64,000 bases of DNA from an uncultured Gammaproteobacteria bacterium (lineage in GTDB: Bacteria; Patescibacteriota; Microgenomatia; Levybacterales; GWA1-39-11). Where the stretch lies: assembly GCA_964409875.1 (NCBI GenBank), contig CAYPEN010000003.1:557-64556 (forward strand), read 5' to 3'. The notes under the pieces are model-generated. The model saw only the letters and a list, made by a program, of their open reading frames with translations. It searched no databases and was not told the origin of the DNA. Position 1 is the stretch's first letter. Every line of letters begins with the position of its first letter. The position numbers were made by a program, and so were the translations under genes. Shown here one piece after another: positions 36,636 to 47,532 of this stretch.

Positions 36636-37985
36636 ATGAGGCAGAAAGCAAAATTTATCGTTTTCAACATTTGGCTATTTTTTCTTCTAGGGTTAATCTT
36701 TCACACTTCAAGAAATCCCCAAATTCTTACAAAATATTCTATAAAGTACTTTTTTGCATTGCTGATTTTCGCATTCCTCCTTTTCCCGCTTTTGAAAGTA
36801 ATTAGTTATATTTTTTCCGAATCGACTTTTAGATACAAAAAAAAGAAATTTTTACTTTCCCCGAATAGAAAAATTATCCTAATAACACTTATCATAACTG
36901 AAATATTTCTTCCTATTGAATTTTTTTTGAGGTACAAATATCGTAATTTTGAATCGAACTCTTATCAGTATACTATCGAATATTTTCACCCATATCTTCA
37001 AGCACAACTTGTTTCGGATAGAGAACTTCATGTTAATTCTCTGGGATTTAGGGGGGATGAAATTGCCATAAAGAAACCGGAAAACACATATAGAATTGTT
37101 ATTGTCGGTGGCTCTACTGTGCTTAATCGCGAAGTTTCCTATGAGAAAAACGCTGCCAGATTGTTGGAAAAAAAATTACGCGTTGAGTACCCTGATAAAA
37201 GAATTGAGGTTATTAATGCGGGGAAAGACGGGTATAATTCAGAACATTCCATTATACAGTACCTATTCAATATAAAAGACCTTTCTCCCGATCTAATCAT
37301 TATGTGGCAAGGTATAAATGATTTTTATCTTTCATGTACACCTTCAGACAATGAATACGGAACTTTCAAGAGGGATTATTCCCATGCTTTCGGTGCACTG
37401 ATGCGGATGGCAATAGATTACTTTAAACCCCAGCCGTTGGTTTCTTTCAAATCAGTTGCGTGGGATATTGTAGTAAAAAATCTTAGAGACAATTTATATT
37501 CGGATTTCGTAATCCCCTATAAAGAAAAAGCTTTTACAATGCTTGCGGAGAAATATAGGCAGGGAGGTAAGGAATATACTGATGTAAGCGAGTTTCCAAG
37601 CCTTTCGACATATTCTCGGAATTTAAATTCTTTCATTCACTCGGTAAAAGCTGACGGAGTACACCTAATACTTGGTAACCAAGCCAATTTATACAAGAAC
37701 AATGTATCCGTTGATGAGGCAAAGAAATTAATTTTCCCAAATCTGGTATGTAGAAAGAATGGAAAATATTACAGCATGCGATCAATCAAAAACGGTGTTG
37801 AGCAATTCAATAATGTAACACAAAAAACCGCTGAGGAAAACAAAGTTCCCTTTATCGATTTTGATGCAATACTACCAAAAAATCTAGGATATTTTATGGA
37901 TAGTGTTCATTACACAGAAAAAGGGAATGCGCTTATTGCCTCTACAATTTTCGATTATATAAAAGAGAGCCATTTGATCGACTGA
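36636..37985 (+). CDS. Membrane-anchored SGNH/GDSL hydrolase (paralog of 30446-31816)
   Basis: GFRG, VGGS, QGIND, DSVHY. Confidence 0.85.
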   Translation: MRQKAKFIVFNIWLFFLLGLIFHTSRNPQILTKYSIKYFFALLIFAFLLFPLLKVISYIFSESTFRYKKKKFLLSPNRKIILITLIITEIFLPIEFFLRYKYRNFESNSYQYTIEYFHPYLQAQLVSDRELHVNSLGFRGDEIAIKKPENTYRIVIVGGSTVLNREVSYEKNAARLLEKKLRVEYPDKRIEVINAGKDGYNSEHSIIQYLFNIKDLSPDLIIMWQGINDFYLSCTPSDNEYGTFKRDYSHAFGALMRMAIDYFKPQPLVSFKSVAWDIVVKNLRDNLYSDFVIPYKEKAFTMLAEKYRQGGKEYTDVSEFPSLSTYSRNLNSFIHSVKADGVHLILGNQANLYKNNVSVDEAKKLIFPNLVCRKNGKYYSMRSIKNGVEQFNNVTQKTAEENKVPFIDFDAILPKNLGYFMDSVHYTEKGNALIASTIFDYIKESHLID

Positions 37986-37987
37986 CT

Positions 37988-40225
37988 ATGGATAAAAAGA
38001 TAAAAGTTTCAGTTATTTATGTTTATTATAATACGCCACAGGATTTAACTCGGTCGGTTACATCCCTTTTGGATAATTCTCAAGGTGTCGCATTAGAAAT
38101 AATTATCGTAGATAATAATTCCCCCAAAAAAATTCCCAGTTCATTGGAGAGAAGAAAGGGTGTAAGGATTATCAAGGCAAAGAAAAATGCGGGATTTGGA
38201 GCAGGTTGTAATATTGGGGCAAAGGCCGCTCGGGGAGTCTATCTGTTATTCCTCAACCCCGACACTCTTGTTTATCAAGATGCAATTCATGAGATGCTAA
38301 AAACATTAAAAAACACGAAGGTTGGGATAGTAGGCCCCAAGATGGTAAGTGAGAAGGGGAGTACTCTTCCAACAATAAGTACCTTTCTAACATTCCCAAA
38401 ACTCTTAGTAGTGTATTCATTTCTTAATACCATTTTTAAATACAACCCTGTTTCAAAACGCTTTTGGCTTCTTAGTGCAGATAGAGATAAAGAGCAAAGA
38501 GTCGATGTTTTAAGCGGAGCATGCTTAATGTTAAAAAAAACGGTATTTGAAAAAATTGACGGATTTGATGAGCGGTTTTTTATGTATTTTGAAGAGCATG
38601 ATTTATGTATTAAGGTAAAAAAGGCGGGGCTTAAAGCAATATATAATCCAAAAGCAAAAATCACACATTTAATCGGAAGAAGCTTAAATGACAAAAGGAA
38701 AATAAAAAAATATTTTCAAGAGAGTAGATTTTTATACTCAAAAAAACATTTTGGGTTTAAAAAGGCAATTATTTCTGAATTTTTTTTGCGTTATATTACA
38801 ACTTCAAATATTTTTGCCGCTTTAACATTCATATTCTCTCTATTCTTGAATACCTATAAGCAAGACCGATTGATGCTTTTAATTGGGGATGCAGCACGGG
38901 ACTTTCTTGCTGCAAGGGATATGTTGTTAACGCAGACAATCCCTCTTGTTGGTATTCCCTCTTCCGTACCGTGGCTGCATCAAGGACCGATATCTGTGTA
39001 CGGTATAGGGCTCGCATTTTTATTGTCAAAATTTAATCCGATCGCACCAGGAATTTTGTTTGGAATTGTAGGTGCGATTACAACCGTATTTGTATATTCC
39101 TTAACCAAAAAGTATCTTAATGATGCAACAGCTGTTATTGCAGCTCTTCTTTATGCAACGTCTCCAATGGTTGTTGTAAACGCACGAATGCCATATCACA
39201 CTTCGTTAATTCCTTTTTTTAGTATTGTTTTCTTTTTTGTTTTTGCGGCTTCCCTTAAAAAGCCGAAAATTCTACCATATGCTTTTTTTGCTTTCGGACT
39301 TCTCATGCAAGTAGAACTTTCCAATATAGTGGTTTTTGCTATCATGGCAGTCTTGCTTTACATCAATAAAACGAAAATCAGCAGGAGAACGATTTATGCA
39401 TCCGTTCTTTCGTTTATGATAGGGATAGTACCGTTTATCTTGTATGAACTATTTTATGGGCCGTCCTATATTAAATTCCCATTATGGATTGTAAATAGAA
39501 TAAGACTATTTTTCGGCCTTACGTTGCATCATTCATCAACCACCTCATCATTGCCAAACGCACTTTCCACAATATACCAGCAGATCAGTGGAACTATATT
39601 TCCTCAAACTCACATTGTTGGACTTTTTATATTTTTAGTATCACTTTTTTTTCTTATTGCTAAGTCAAGAAGTAAGTATGAAAAAGGATTTTACCCCATA
39701 ATTTTATTGTGGATAACTATTCCACTCATCGCTTTTTCATTGCATGCTTCCCCCGGCACAGCATACTTTGGTCTTTTGTATCCTGCGATTATTATGCTTA
39801 TTGCAATATTTTTTGATGAGTTAATACGGATTAATAAAATGTTTTTCTTGTTTATTGTATTTATTGTATGTTTCAATTCGCTTCTTCTCATTAAAAATGA
39901 TTTTTTTGTTTCGAGTGAGAAGGGTGCGCATCCAATGCCGCCAACTTACTATAATTTTGGAATCTCATGGAAATTAAGTGATGATGTTTCAAAAGCAATA
40001 GTTTTAGATGCGGGAGAAAAAAGCTTTCGCCTTCTAGGAAAAGGTGGCCTTACGCTCTATAAAACAAGCATTGATCCCTATGTATATTTAGTGTGGTTTC
40101 ATGGAGGTAAAATATCCGATACTGCGACTTTGGTTTACGAAATTTATCCACCTAGAACACAAAATTTAACTGCTAAAAAAATTATATTTCGAGGAGAGGG
40201 CGGTATAGTTGTAAAAAATGAATAA
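37988..40225 (+). CDS. Fusion: GT2 domain + ArnT/PMT-like GT-C membrane domain
   Basis: N-terminal VDNNS, LNPD, EEHD; then GDAARD..GP and a multi-TM region. Confidence 0.85.
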   Translation: MDKKIKVSVIYVYYNTPQDLTRSVTSLLDNSQGVALEIIIVDNNSPKKIPSSLERRKGVRIIKAKKNAGFGAGCNIGAKAARGVYLLFLNPDTLVYQDAIHEMLKTLKNTKVGIVGPKMVSEKGSTLPTISTFLTFPKLLVVYSFLNTIFKYNPVSKRFWLLSADRDKEQRVDVLSGACLMLKKTVFEKIDGFDERFFMYFEEHDLCIKVKKAGLKAIYNPKAKITHLIGRSLNDKRKIKKYFQESRFLYSKKHFGFKKAIISEFFLRYITTSNIFAALTFIFSLFLNTYKQDRLMLLIGDAARDFLAARDMLLTQTIPLVGIPSSVPWLHQGPISVYGIGLAFLLSKFNPIAPGILFGIVGAITTVFVYSLTKKYLNDATAVIAALLYATSPMVVVNARMPYHTSLIPFFSIVFFFVFAASLKKPKILPYAFFAFGLLMQVELSNIVVFAIMAVLLYINKTKISRRTIYASVLSFMIGIVPFILYELFYGPSYIKFPLWIVNRIRLFFGLTLHHSSTTSSLPNALSTIYQQISGTIFPQTHIVGLFIFLVSLFFLIAKSRSKYEKGFYPIILLWITIPLIAFSLHASPGTAYFGLLYPAIIMLIAIFFDELIRINKMFFLFIVFIVCFNSLLLIKNDFFVSSEKGAHPMPPTYYNFGISWKLSDDVSKAIVLDAGEKSFRLLGKGGLTLYKTSIDPYVYLVWFHGGKISDTATLVYEIYPPRTQNLTAKKIIFRGEGGIVVKNE

Positions 40226-43028
40226 ACTACTGCTTGCGTTGATTTTATTGACCATATGCTTAACAAGCGTTGCATACTACTTAAAAGTAATATACTTTCC
40301 TTTTGACATTCTCAATTTGTTGCCTTCATACCACACGAAGGCTTCGTTTATCCCACACAATACGCTAGTGTCAGATCCCGTATTCCAGTTTGAACCATGG
40401 AGACATTTTGTTGCAATTAACATTTACAAAGGTATATTTCCTCTTTGGAATAATTTAAATGCTGGGGGAGTTCCGTTATTTGCAAATGCTCAGTCTTCCG
40501 TGCTTTTTCCTCTAAACTTTATCTACTATGTCCTGCCACCTTCGGTATCTCTAAATCTTATTCCGCTGGTGAAATTAGATTTACTTTTTCTTTTTTCGTT
40601 CTTATATTTAAGAAGCCTAAAAATTTCAAGTGCTGTTTCGTGCGTGGGGGCATTGGCGGTTTGTTTCGCTGGTTTTTCCATGGTTTGGCTGCTTTGGCCA
40701 CATACCAATGTTTATATTTTTCTTCCGTTATTTCTTTTTATAACTGAAAAAATAAGAGACGACAGTAAAAGAAAGATGTGGGGTGTAGCATTGTCATTCA
40801 GCTATTGTATTGCGATTTTTGGAGGGCACTATGAGACGCTGTTACACATAATGCTACTGCATATCCCCTATGCATTTTTGAGATTGCAGTTTGATGTTAG
40901 AAAATTTCTTTCATTCCTATTGTTTGTAATCTTAGGGATTCTTCTTTCTTCGGTGCAACTTGTTCCTTTTTTAGAGTATTTTCTTAATAGTTCGGCATTT
41001 GCATACAGGATGCATTCTTCATATTTATATCTTCCACTTCAGAGTTCCGTTTTAAATATTCTACCATTCCTTTCGGGGGCTCCTCATTTGTCTCATTATC
41101 GTCCAATTGTCACTGTTACCAATTTTCAGGAATCAATAGGTGGTTATACGGGAACCATTATCATATTAACTGCGTTTGTGGGAGCGGTAACATTAGGCAA
41201 GAAGATATCGCTCATTAAAATCTGGTCCACAAATGCTGTAATATTTTGGCTTCTTGCGTTTAAAATTTGGCCATTTGGCCTTTTATTAGAGTTGCCTTTA
41301 ATGTCACAAGTACAGAATAGCAGACTTTCGTCAATAGCAGCTTTTGCAACAGTTATAGTCTTTACAATGACAATTGAAAAAAAATCTATTCTCTTAAAAA
41401 AAGGAAAAAAAATTCTTCCACTGACATTTGGACTGGTTACTTTCGGGCTTTTTTGTTCCGTATTGTTCATTGAAATCCTTACAATTGCTACCAAGTTTAA
41501 TATTTTCCGACACCCGTATATTACTCAATTAAATACACATATTATATTCATCGCATTTACGACATTACTATTTATTCCTGCTCTCTATATAAAAAAAATT
41601 AGGTTTAATATCATTTTCATTATAGTACTTATCACTCTTCAAACATTTTACTTGTTTGCCGGGTATGTTCCTTTTCTAAATGCTTCGGATTACTATCCAA
41701 ACTCTTCGGTGATAGAAAAACTTAAGACACTTCCAAGGGGTACTATTTTGGAAGTAGGAAATCCTTCGATACCTCCTGACATTAATTTAATGTATGATCT
41801 TCCATTAGCACAGAATTATGATGGTATAGAAGTAAAAAAATACCAGGAGGAATTCAATAAGGCATTTCCCAGCAAAAACCATTGGGGGAAAGTGGAATCA
41901 GTCGATATAAAAAGTCTTAAGAAATTTGGAATCTCATACGTTTTATCCGATTACAATATTAACAATCAACGACAGGAAATCCAGTCAGATATCTCTTCAA
42001 TAATTGGTCCAATAAAAAATGGTTTCCAAACTTCGGTAACTTTTCGGCCTTTGCAACAAAAAATATCGCAAGTTAGATTTCTTACAGCTAATTATAATAA
42101 AAAAAACTCATGTACTCTTACTGTTGCTATTTCCAATAATTTAGATGGTATTAATGTATTAAGCAGGAAGATTAATTGTAGTGAGCTGTTGGATAAGATG
42201 TTTTATACACTTACTGTTCCGAATACTACTCTTAATATTAATAGCACTTATAGGCTGACATTTACATCAAATGGGACCGATAATAACACCGTAGGATTAT
42301 GGGGTAGCGAGGGAAAACCATTTGTTGAAATACTGTATTCTAACGAAAGGCCTTACGAGTTAATTGGAGTCTACAATACTATTTGGCTTTTTAGGGTACC
42401 CAACTCTTCATTAGTTAATTTGGATGGGGATTATAAGATTTTACAAAATGAAAGCAATAAGTTAACAATACTTTATACGTCCTCTACTAACAGGGATATA
42501 GAAATAAAGAAAACGTATTATCCAGGGTGGAGTGCGAGCTTGGATTCCGAAAAAATTCCGGTTTTACAGTCAAACCCATTTATAAAAATTGGTGGAAAAA
42601 GAGGAACTCACGTTTTGTCCCTTTATTATCAACCTTTCTCTTTCAAAGTAGGAAGCCTTGTTTCAGTGTTTGTGTTTATTTTATTATCTATTTTTTTGAT
42701 AAGAGCTGAGAAAGAACAGACCTGGTATAAAAAGCTCAGTAAACAATACTCAAAATCCCCGTTTTCTATATTGAAAAAAGAGAACAGAGGGAAGGTTGTA
42801 ATGACGTTTTCTACTTCTCTTATTTTGTGTTTAATTATTTTTTTCATTGTTATTAATTTTTTACCTACGAAAGATATTCTTCTGTCATCTACTTCAATTA
42901 ATTGGCTTACCCTCCATAAACATTCGCTTGAGTTCGATTATCTTTTTATATTCATTCTGATCTTATTAATAGTTGCGGGTGTACTTGTTTCGTGGGTAAT
43001 TATTTTATGGAGAGAAGGCACAAAATAA
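40218..43028 (+). CDS. YfhO-family GT-C membrane protein
   Basis: DPVFQFEPW, PLWN..GGVPLFAN, YYPGW. Confidence 0.82.
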   Translation: MNKLLLALILLTICLTSVAYYLKVIYFPFDILNLLPSYHTKASFIPHNTLVSDPVFQFEPWRHFVAINIYKGIFPLWNNLNAGGVPLFANAQSSVLFPLNFIYYVLPPSVSLNLIPLVKLDLLFLFSFLYLRSLKISSAVSCVGALAVCFAGFSMVWLLWPHTNVYIFLPLFLFITEKIRDDSKRKMWGVALSFSYCIAIFGGHYETLLHIMLLHIPYAFLRLQFDVRKFLSFLLFVILGILLSSVQLVPFLEYFLNSSAFAYRMHSSYLYLPLQSSVLNILPFLSGAPHLSHYRPIVTVTNFQESIGGYTGTIIILTAFVGAVTLGKKISLIKIWSTNAVIFWLLAFKIWPFGLLLELPLMSQVQNSRLSSIAAFATVIVFTMTIEKKSILLKKGKKILPLTFGLVTFGLFCSVLFIEILTIATKFNIFRHPYITQLNTHIIFIAFTTLLFIPALYIKKIRFNIIFIIVLITLQTFYLFAGYVPFLNASDYYPNSSVIEKLKTLPRGTILEVGNPSIPPDINLMYDLPLAQNYDGIEVKKYQEEFNKAFPSKNHWGKVESVDIKSLKKFGISYVLSDYNINNQRQEIQSDISSIIGPIKNGFQTSVTFRPLQQKISQVRFLTANYNKKNSCTLTVAISNNLDGINVLSRKINCSELLDKMFYTLTVPNTTLNINSTYRLTFTSNGTDNNTVGLWGSEGKPFVEILYSNERPYELIGVYNTIWLFRVPNSSLVNLDGDYKILQNESNKLTILYTSSTNRDIEIKKTYYPGWSASLDSEKIPVLQSNPFIKIGGKRGTHVLSLYYQPFSFKVGSLVSVFVFILLSIFLIRAEKEQTWYKKLSKQYSKSPFSILKKENRGKVVMTFSTSLILCLIIFFIVINFLPTKDILLSSTSINWLTLHKHSLEFDYLFIFILILLIVAGVLVSWVIILWREGTK

Positions 43029-44539
43029 TTTTGCTAATAGTAGCTTTCATTTGGTTTATGGTATTTGGAAATAATGGCCAAAGTGCTTTTTTTGGTGATA
43101 TCAATTTTATCGATGAGGGACAATTTGCCGCATGGGTGGGGCATATGTTGCAAGGACAAATTATTTACAAAGATTTTTATGTTCAGTATGGACCCTTAAT
43201 GATCTATCCAATTTATTTTCTGATGAAGTTGTTCGGTGTTTCGTTTTTTTATATTCGATTTTGGTCTCTATTTGGTGCGTTTCTTGGATATATTATCGGA
43301 ATTTATACACTAAATAGATTAGGTATAAAAAATACCTGGTTTTGGATAAGTGCCGTATCACTTCTTATAATTCCTGGTATTCATATAAGACAATGGATAG
43401 GAATTTTAGTGCTGCTTTTATTAATGATTTATGTAGAAAAGAAAAATTTCATATTGGGTCTATTCACTGGACTTGTAGTTGCATTGGCCCTTTTTCAGAG
43501 TGTTGAAATAGGAATATTCACATTAATTGTCGTTTGCTTATATTCCTATTTCAAACTTGTAAATAGTAAAAAAATAATTGATAGCATTAAGTTGTTGTAT
43601 CCAATATATTTATGCCTAATTATCTCTATTATGTTATTTTTTCTTTTATTCCATAGTCAGGGATGGTTAAAAGAATATATATCAACTACAGTAGGATTTG
43701 CATCTTCAATTTCGGGAATGGATTTGCCGAATGGACAGGGATTGCCTTTTGTATTCCAAAATACCGCTAGCCATTTTTCAGTGCTATCTCTTGCAAAGGA
43801 TATTATTTCAAAAAATATGCTTTTCTTTTGGTCATTCGGAATTTTATCCGTTATGCTTTCTGTGCTTTTTATTAGAATAACTTTAAAGCAAAAAAGGAAT
43901 GAGGATATTTTTGCTCTCCTTATCACGATATTTTCTTTATTAATTTATATTAGTATCATTGGTCGTTCTGGGCACTATATTACAGTATTCCCATTCGTAG
44001 TGGTACTGGGAGCATATATGTGCAAAGCACTCTTAGCAAGCAAAAAATTGTATACACTTTCTCTACTACTTTTTGCGCTTTTTATCGTGCGACATGTTGC
44101 GATATATCGGTTTTCTATTATCCCAAATTTCAACGAAAAGGGAAAAGTTACACTTGCAAGGACGTATCCATTAAAAATGGACAGCGGCGACGCAAAAGAT
44201 ATCAGTTCATTAAAAGAGTATCTAGATACTAACTCAAAAAAAATCGAATCAATTTATGTATTAAATAATGTCCCAGCGTTGTATTTTCTTTTAGAAAGAG
44301 CTAATGCTACAAAATTTGATTTACCTTTGCTTGCAGGAACAGTCGACAAAAGAATGCAAGTCGTAAACGAGCTGATAAATAATAAGCCGAGCTATATTAT
44401 TGAAGATGAAAAAGCTTGGTCTGTTGATGGAATAGGTGATTCTAAGCGAATGCCCGAGGTTTTTGGGTACGTTCATTCTAACTATCAATTATCCGTTAAA
44501 TTCGGAAGATTTTTACTCTATAAAATAAACTCTAAATGA
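43007..44539 (+). CDS. GT-C-like integral membrane protein
   Basis: DEG..YKDFYVQYGP, multi-TM. Confidence 0.72.
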   Translation: MERRHKIILLIVAFIWFMVFGNNGQSAFFGDINFIDEGQFAAWVGHMLQGQIIYKDFYVQYGPLMIYPIYFLMKLFGVSFFYIRFWSLFGAFLGYIIGIYTLNRLGIKNTWFWISAVSLLIIPGIHIRQWIGILVLLLLMIYVEKKNFILGLFTGLVVALALFQSVEIGIFTLIVVCLYSYFKLVNSKKIIDSIKLLYPIYLCLIISIMLFFLLFHSQGWLKEYISTTVGFASSISGMDLPNGQGLPFVFQNTASHFSVLSLAKDIISKNMLFFWSFGILSVMLSVLFIRITLKQKRNEDIFALLITIFSLLIYISIIGRSGHYITVFPFVVVLGAYMCKALLASKKLYTLSLLLFALFIVRHVAIYRFSIIPNFNEKGKVTLARTYPLKMDSGDAKDISSLKEYLDTNSKKIESIYVLNNVPALYFLLERANATKFDLPLLAGTVDKRMQVVNELINNKPSYIIEDEKAWSVDGIGDSKRMPEVFGYVHSNYQLSVKFGRFLLYKINSK

Positions 44540-45275
44540 GTTGTTTAAGAAGTGCTGAGACATTGAATATCCTGTTTTTAGATATAGCTAGTAGAAACCA
44601 GGGGCTGTATGCGACAATTGAACGTCCTAACTTAAAATTCGTTTTCCCATGCTGTCTGTCTCTCCATACTGTAGGTATTTCAGCAATTCTTCCACCAAGA
44701 AGATGTGCTTTTGAGACTATCTCAAGCGTAACACTAAAACTTATTTTGCTTTTTAGATGCATTTTTTTTAAGATTTTTTTTGAGTACATTTTGTAGCTGT
44801 TGGTTGGGTCATTAGTTTTAATCCCTGTAAATAATTTCAGAAGATTTCCTGCTGTTCTCGGAAGCCAAACCTTGAAATGCGCATTCAGTTCCTGCCTCCC
44901 TCCTTTGGTATAGCGTGAGGGACACACTATGTCAAATTTCTCAGGAACCATTTTACACATGGTGTCCACTTGCGTGATGTCATCACACAAATCTGCCATC
45001 ATGATAAGGATACGAGGGGAGTTTGCTGAATTTATCCCTGTTCTTATGGCTCCGGATGGCCCTACTGCTACATTGTTTTTTATAGCAACAAAGTTTGAGT
45101 ATTTCTTTTTTATTTTTTTAAGTACAGGAAGCGTTGAATCTGTGTCGTTATCATATACAATTATAATTTCACATGAAGTTTTGATATTCTTTTTAATGCT
45201 TTCTAGAGTGTAAAGAATATTTTCTGCCTCGTTATATACAGGAATTACGATTGAAAGATCTTTTGGCTTTTTCAT
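44532..45275 (-). CDS. DPM1-like polyprenol-phosphate glycosyltransferase (GT2)
   Basis: PVYNE, MADL, PSRY, EIPTVWRDR. Confidence 0.88.
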   Translation of the reverse strand: MKKPKDLSIVIPVYNEAENILYTLESIKKNIKTSCEIIIVYDNDTDSTLPVLKKIKKKYSNFVAIKNNVAVGPSGAIRTGINSANSPRILIMMADLCDDITQVDTMCKMVPEKFDIVCPSRYTKGGRQELNAHFKVWLPRTAGNLLKLFTGIKTNDPTNSYKMYSKKILKKMHLKSKISFSVTLEIVSKAHLLGGRIAEIPTVWRDRQHGKTNFKLGRSIVAYSPWFLLAISKNRIFNVSALLKQLI

Positions 45276-46540
45276 CTCACAATATGAGGTGTTGGAAGCG
45301 GAACAATGAATTTCCCATTATATCCTTTTTCTTTAAGTTTTGGGATTAAATCCTTTGCGATATGCCATGAGAGGAGTAAGGCATAATCCGGCTGATCTTT
45401 AATAAGTTTCTCTTCATCAAAAACAGGAATCAGTGTTCCCGGCATATATTTTCCAATTTTTTTTGAACCTTTGGTTTCTAAGACGCAAGGCATGATATCA
45501 TTCCCAAGCCCCACATACTTAATAAGAGTGCATCCTCTCGCAGGAGCACCGATGCCATATATATTCTGGCCTTTCTTTTGGACAGTATATAGTAAATTGT
45601 ATAACTTTAATTTAGAAGAGAGTACATTATTTTTAAATTCTTCAAAATTTTTAATGTTCGTTACCTTATTTTTTTCAAGGCTTAAAAGGTCTTTGACATT
45701 TTTGTTAATGTTGTATTTACCCTTTCTTGCTGCATAAACGCGAATAGAACCCCCATGTGGTGGAATTTCTCTCGCATAAAAAATTTCAAGCCCGTGCATT
45801 TCCAGTAAGTATTTAAGAGAGTGGAGCGAGTAATATCTTAGATGTTCATGATATATTGTATCGTACTGAACTGTTTTTATTAGCGAGAGGAGATAGTGTG
45901 ACTCGGAGATAAAGACCCCATCATTTGCTAAAATTTTTTTTATGTTTTTTATGACATTGTTTATATCCTCAATATGGGCAAAAACATTTGTTGCAGTGAT
46001 AATTTTTGCTTTCCCATACTTTTTTATTACTGTATCTGCTACTTCACCGGAAAAATAATCGAGAATTGTAGGTATTCCGTTTTGAATCGCGATTTTTCCT
46101 ATCTCCTCAGGAGTAATCCCAAGAACTTTATTTGTGTTTTTAAAATTATTCAGAAGATTGCCGTCGTTAGATCCAATATCAATTACTAAGTCACTTTTTT
46201 GGAGAGGGATGAGTGTGGCGCACTCTTCGGATAGTTGCTTGAAATTATCTCTTAAAACTTTAGTCGTGCTACTGGTGTATGGATATTCTTTTGGGAAAAG
46301 TTTTGTTGGGTCAACAATAAGACCGAGTTGTACAAGCTTACATCTTTCGCAAAAAAGTAGTTGAGCAGGATAACTCAATTGCTCTGCAGGAATTGTTCCT
46401 TCGGGAATATATTCATTAACAGGTGGCAAGTAGCCGATAAAAAGAATTGGTTGTAATTTTTGGTATCCACATGTTTGACATCTATCAACAACTATGCTTG
46501 TACCGCTTTTGATTGTTAATTTAACTTTTTTGCTTGTCAT
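45272..46540 (-). CDS. NDP-sugar C-methyltransferase family
   Basis: CQTC/CERC Zn site, DIGSNDG, YHEH, HGGSIR, GAPARG. Confidence 0.9.
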   Translation of the reverse strand: MTSKKVKLTIKSGTSIVVDRCQTCGYQKLQPILFIGYLPPVNEYIPEGTIPAEQLSYPAQLLFCERCKLVQLGLIVDPTKLFPKEYPYTSSTTKVLRDNFKQLSEECATLIPLQKSDLVIDIGSNDGNLLNNFKNTNKVLGITPEEIGKIAIQNGIPTILDYFSGEVADTVIKKYGKAKIITATNVFAHIEDINNVIKNIKKILANDGVFISESHYLLSLIKTVQYDTIYHEHLRYYSLHSLKYLLEMHGLEIFYAREIPPHGGSIRVYAARKGKYNINKNVKDLLSLEKNKVTNIKNFEEFKNNVLSSKLKLYNLLYTVQKKGQNIYGIGAPARGCTLIKYVGLGNDIMPCVLETKGSKKIGKYMPGTLIPVFDEEKLIKDQPDYALLLSWHIAKDLIPKLKEKGYNGKFIVPLPTPHIVR

Positions 46541-47489
46541 TCAAGTCATTATTGTACCACATGAAAGTTTTTTTCAAACCATTATTTAAGGATATTTTCG
46601 GAGAAAAACCAAGACGGGTAATTTTGGAAACATCGGGGCATCTTCTCTGAACGCTTCCTTCAGGGATATATGAATGATTGGTAGTTATATCTGCTTTGGC
46701 TATGTCGGCTAACCTTCTGACGAGGGAGTTTATGGTAACTTCTTCTGACGTTCCAATATTATATATTTCCCCATTTATACCTTTTCTCGTAAGTAGCATG
46801 AATGCATTTGCAAAATCTTCAATGTAAATAAATGCTCGAGTGCTACTTCCATCTCCTTGAATTGGAATAGTTATATTTTTGTTTGTTTCTTTTTCGGCCA
46901 AAATTTTTAATATTAATTCCGGTACAACATGCTCCTTCCCCATATTCGGGCCATAGACGTTATGAGGTCGGAATATAACTACTCTATCAAAAATTTTTGC
47001 CCCATTATGGAGTGTTAATAACTCACTTATAATCTTACCGCCTGCATAAGAGAATCTTGGATTATGTGGGTCAGGAATTATGAGAGGTACATTTTCAGGT
47101 GTGGGGATCTTTGGGGGCGTTTGATATACCTCCGAACTTGAAGCTAAAAATAATTCCTTGACTTCATTTTTTTTAGCTCCGTCCAAAATATTTATCATTC
47201 CCTTAACTCCTACCTCAAGGACTAATTCAGGTTTTTCATAAAAAAATTTTGTTCCGTTTATAAAGGCAAGATGTACTATTGAGTCAATATTACGGCACGC
47301 TTTTTCCACCTTTTGCGCATCTCGTATATCGGCCTTTACGTATTCAACATTTGGAAGATGGGTAAGTTTTTGGGAAATACCTCGAAATTCATTATCAAGA
47401 ACCTTTACGTAATTCTTTTCTTCAATGAGGTTTTTTACTATCGAACTACCAATAAATCCGGTTCCACCCGTTACTAAATACCTTTTCAT
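46521..47489 (-). CDS. NAD-dependent epimerase/dehydratase
   Basis: GGTGFIG, SSSEVY, YAGGK, NVYGP. Confidence 0.9.
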   Translation of the reverse strand: MKRYLVTGGTGFIGSSIVKNLIEEKNYVKVLDNEFRGISQKLTHLPNVEYVKADIRDAQKVEKACRNIDSIVHLAFINGTKFFYEKPELVLEVGVKGMINILDGAKKNEVKELFLASSSEVYQTPPKIPTPENVPLIIPDPHNPRFSYAGGKIISELLTLHNGAKIFDRVVIFRPHNVYGPNMGKEHVVPELILKILAEKETNKNITIPIQGDGSSTRAFIYIEDFANAFMLLTRKGINGEIYNIGTSEEVTINSLVRRLADIAKADITTNHSYIPEGSVQRRCPDVSKITRLGFSPKISLNNGLKKTFMWYNNDLNDKQKS

Positions 47490-47532
47490 TAGTTAGAGAG
47501 ATTATATATAATTAGGCGCATATTGTAAATTT

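Noticed and set aside
36082-36651. Long antisense ORFs (also 20612-21133, 17286-17684, 38287-38694, 56509-56928 and others)
   Set aside because: Shadows of confidently assigned genes on the opposite strand.
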